A stretch of DNA of 64,000 bases, taken from Phoronis australis. Its lineage: Eukaryota; Animalia; Phoronida. Position numbers and translations under genes: made by a program. Below are positions 63,541 through 64,000 of this stretch, in pieces. Numbering within the stretch: the first letter of the stretch is position 1; each line of letters starts with the position of its first letter. The notes under the pieces are model-generated. The model was not told the DNA's origin, ran no database searches, and saw only the letters and a program-made list of their open reading frames with translations. Location of the stretch: positions 411,606 through 475,605 of the forward strand of contig NMRA01000208.1 in NCBI GenBank assembly GCA_002633005.1, in the 5' to 3' direction.

Positions 63541-64000
63541 TAGTTGTATCAACACTGCGGGACAGTTAATACTGCAATAGTTTTGTCCAAGTAACTACTC
63601 AGTAACTTGGCATTGGTAGTTGTACTATCTCCCAGAAGGGGGCGCAATTGGTGATTTCTACCATTCTGTTGCTATCTTGTGATTAATCTGTGACAGGAAC
63701 TGTAAAATCAGTTCTGCTTAGCTGAAGGTTTTGTTTGTCTGTGTTTCACTCATGTTTCTGTGCTCCATGAGATGATCAAGTTCTACTGGTTTACTGGCAG
63801 TAATTTTTTTAGGACGACTCAATTCAATGTTGTCTCAAATATCCAAGACTGTCTGTTGATCTTTTCCCTTATCTTCAGGGATTCTACCAACACATTCTCT
63901 ATCTTTGCACTGATATTTTTCTGTTGAATCAAATTTTGATATCTGTGCAATGCACAAACACGGTTCTTTACTCACAATAGTCTGTTTAAATAAGTTTAAT

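Overview
Intron-rich, AT-rich animal genomic DNA. It looks like an invertebrate bilaterian, but the taxon cannot be fixed from the sequence alone. Four protein-coding genes were reconstructed by hand with phase-consistent GT-AG junctions: (1) an orphan class A GPCR with an intronless coding region (8257-9288, +), lying between two ~1.36 kb direct repeats together with decayed non-LTR retrotransposon fragments; (2) 5-hydroxyisourate hydrolase (URAH/HIUase; 4 exons, -) with a PTS2-type first exon and a YRGS C-terminus; (3) LRRC63 (12 exons, +), head-to-head with URAH with only 201 nt between the start codons; (4) a betaPIX/ARHGEF7-type RhoGEF (SH3-DH-PH-GIT-binding, +) that probably runs off the right edge. 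The rest is non-autonomous DNA transposons/MITEs, a SINE family, a possible solo LTR and minisatellites. No prokaryotic-type system (CRISPR, operon) is present. The best leads are a His-rich candidate alternative start exon inside the PIX gene, a PIX microexon versus alternative terminal exon, and a uORF chain over the PTS2 start of HIUase within a compact bidirectional promoter. All of these are inferences that need RNA data.
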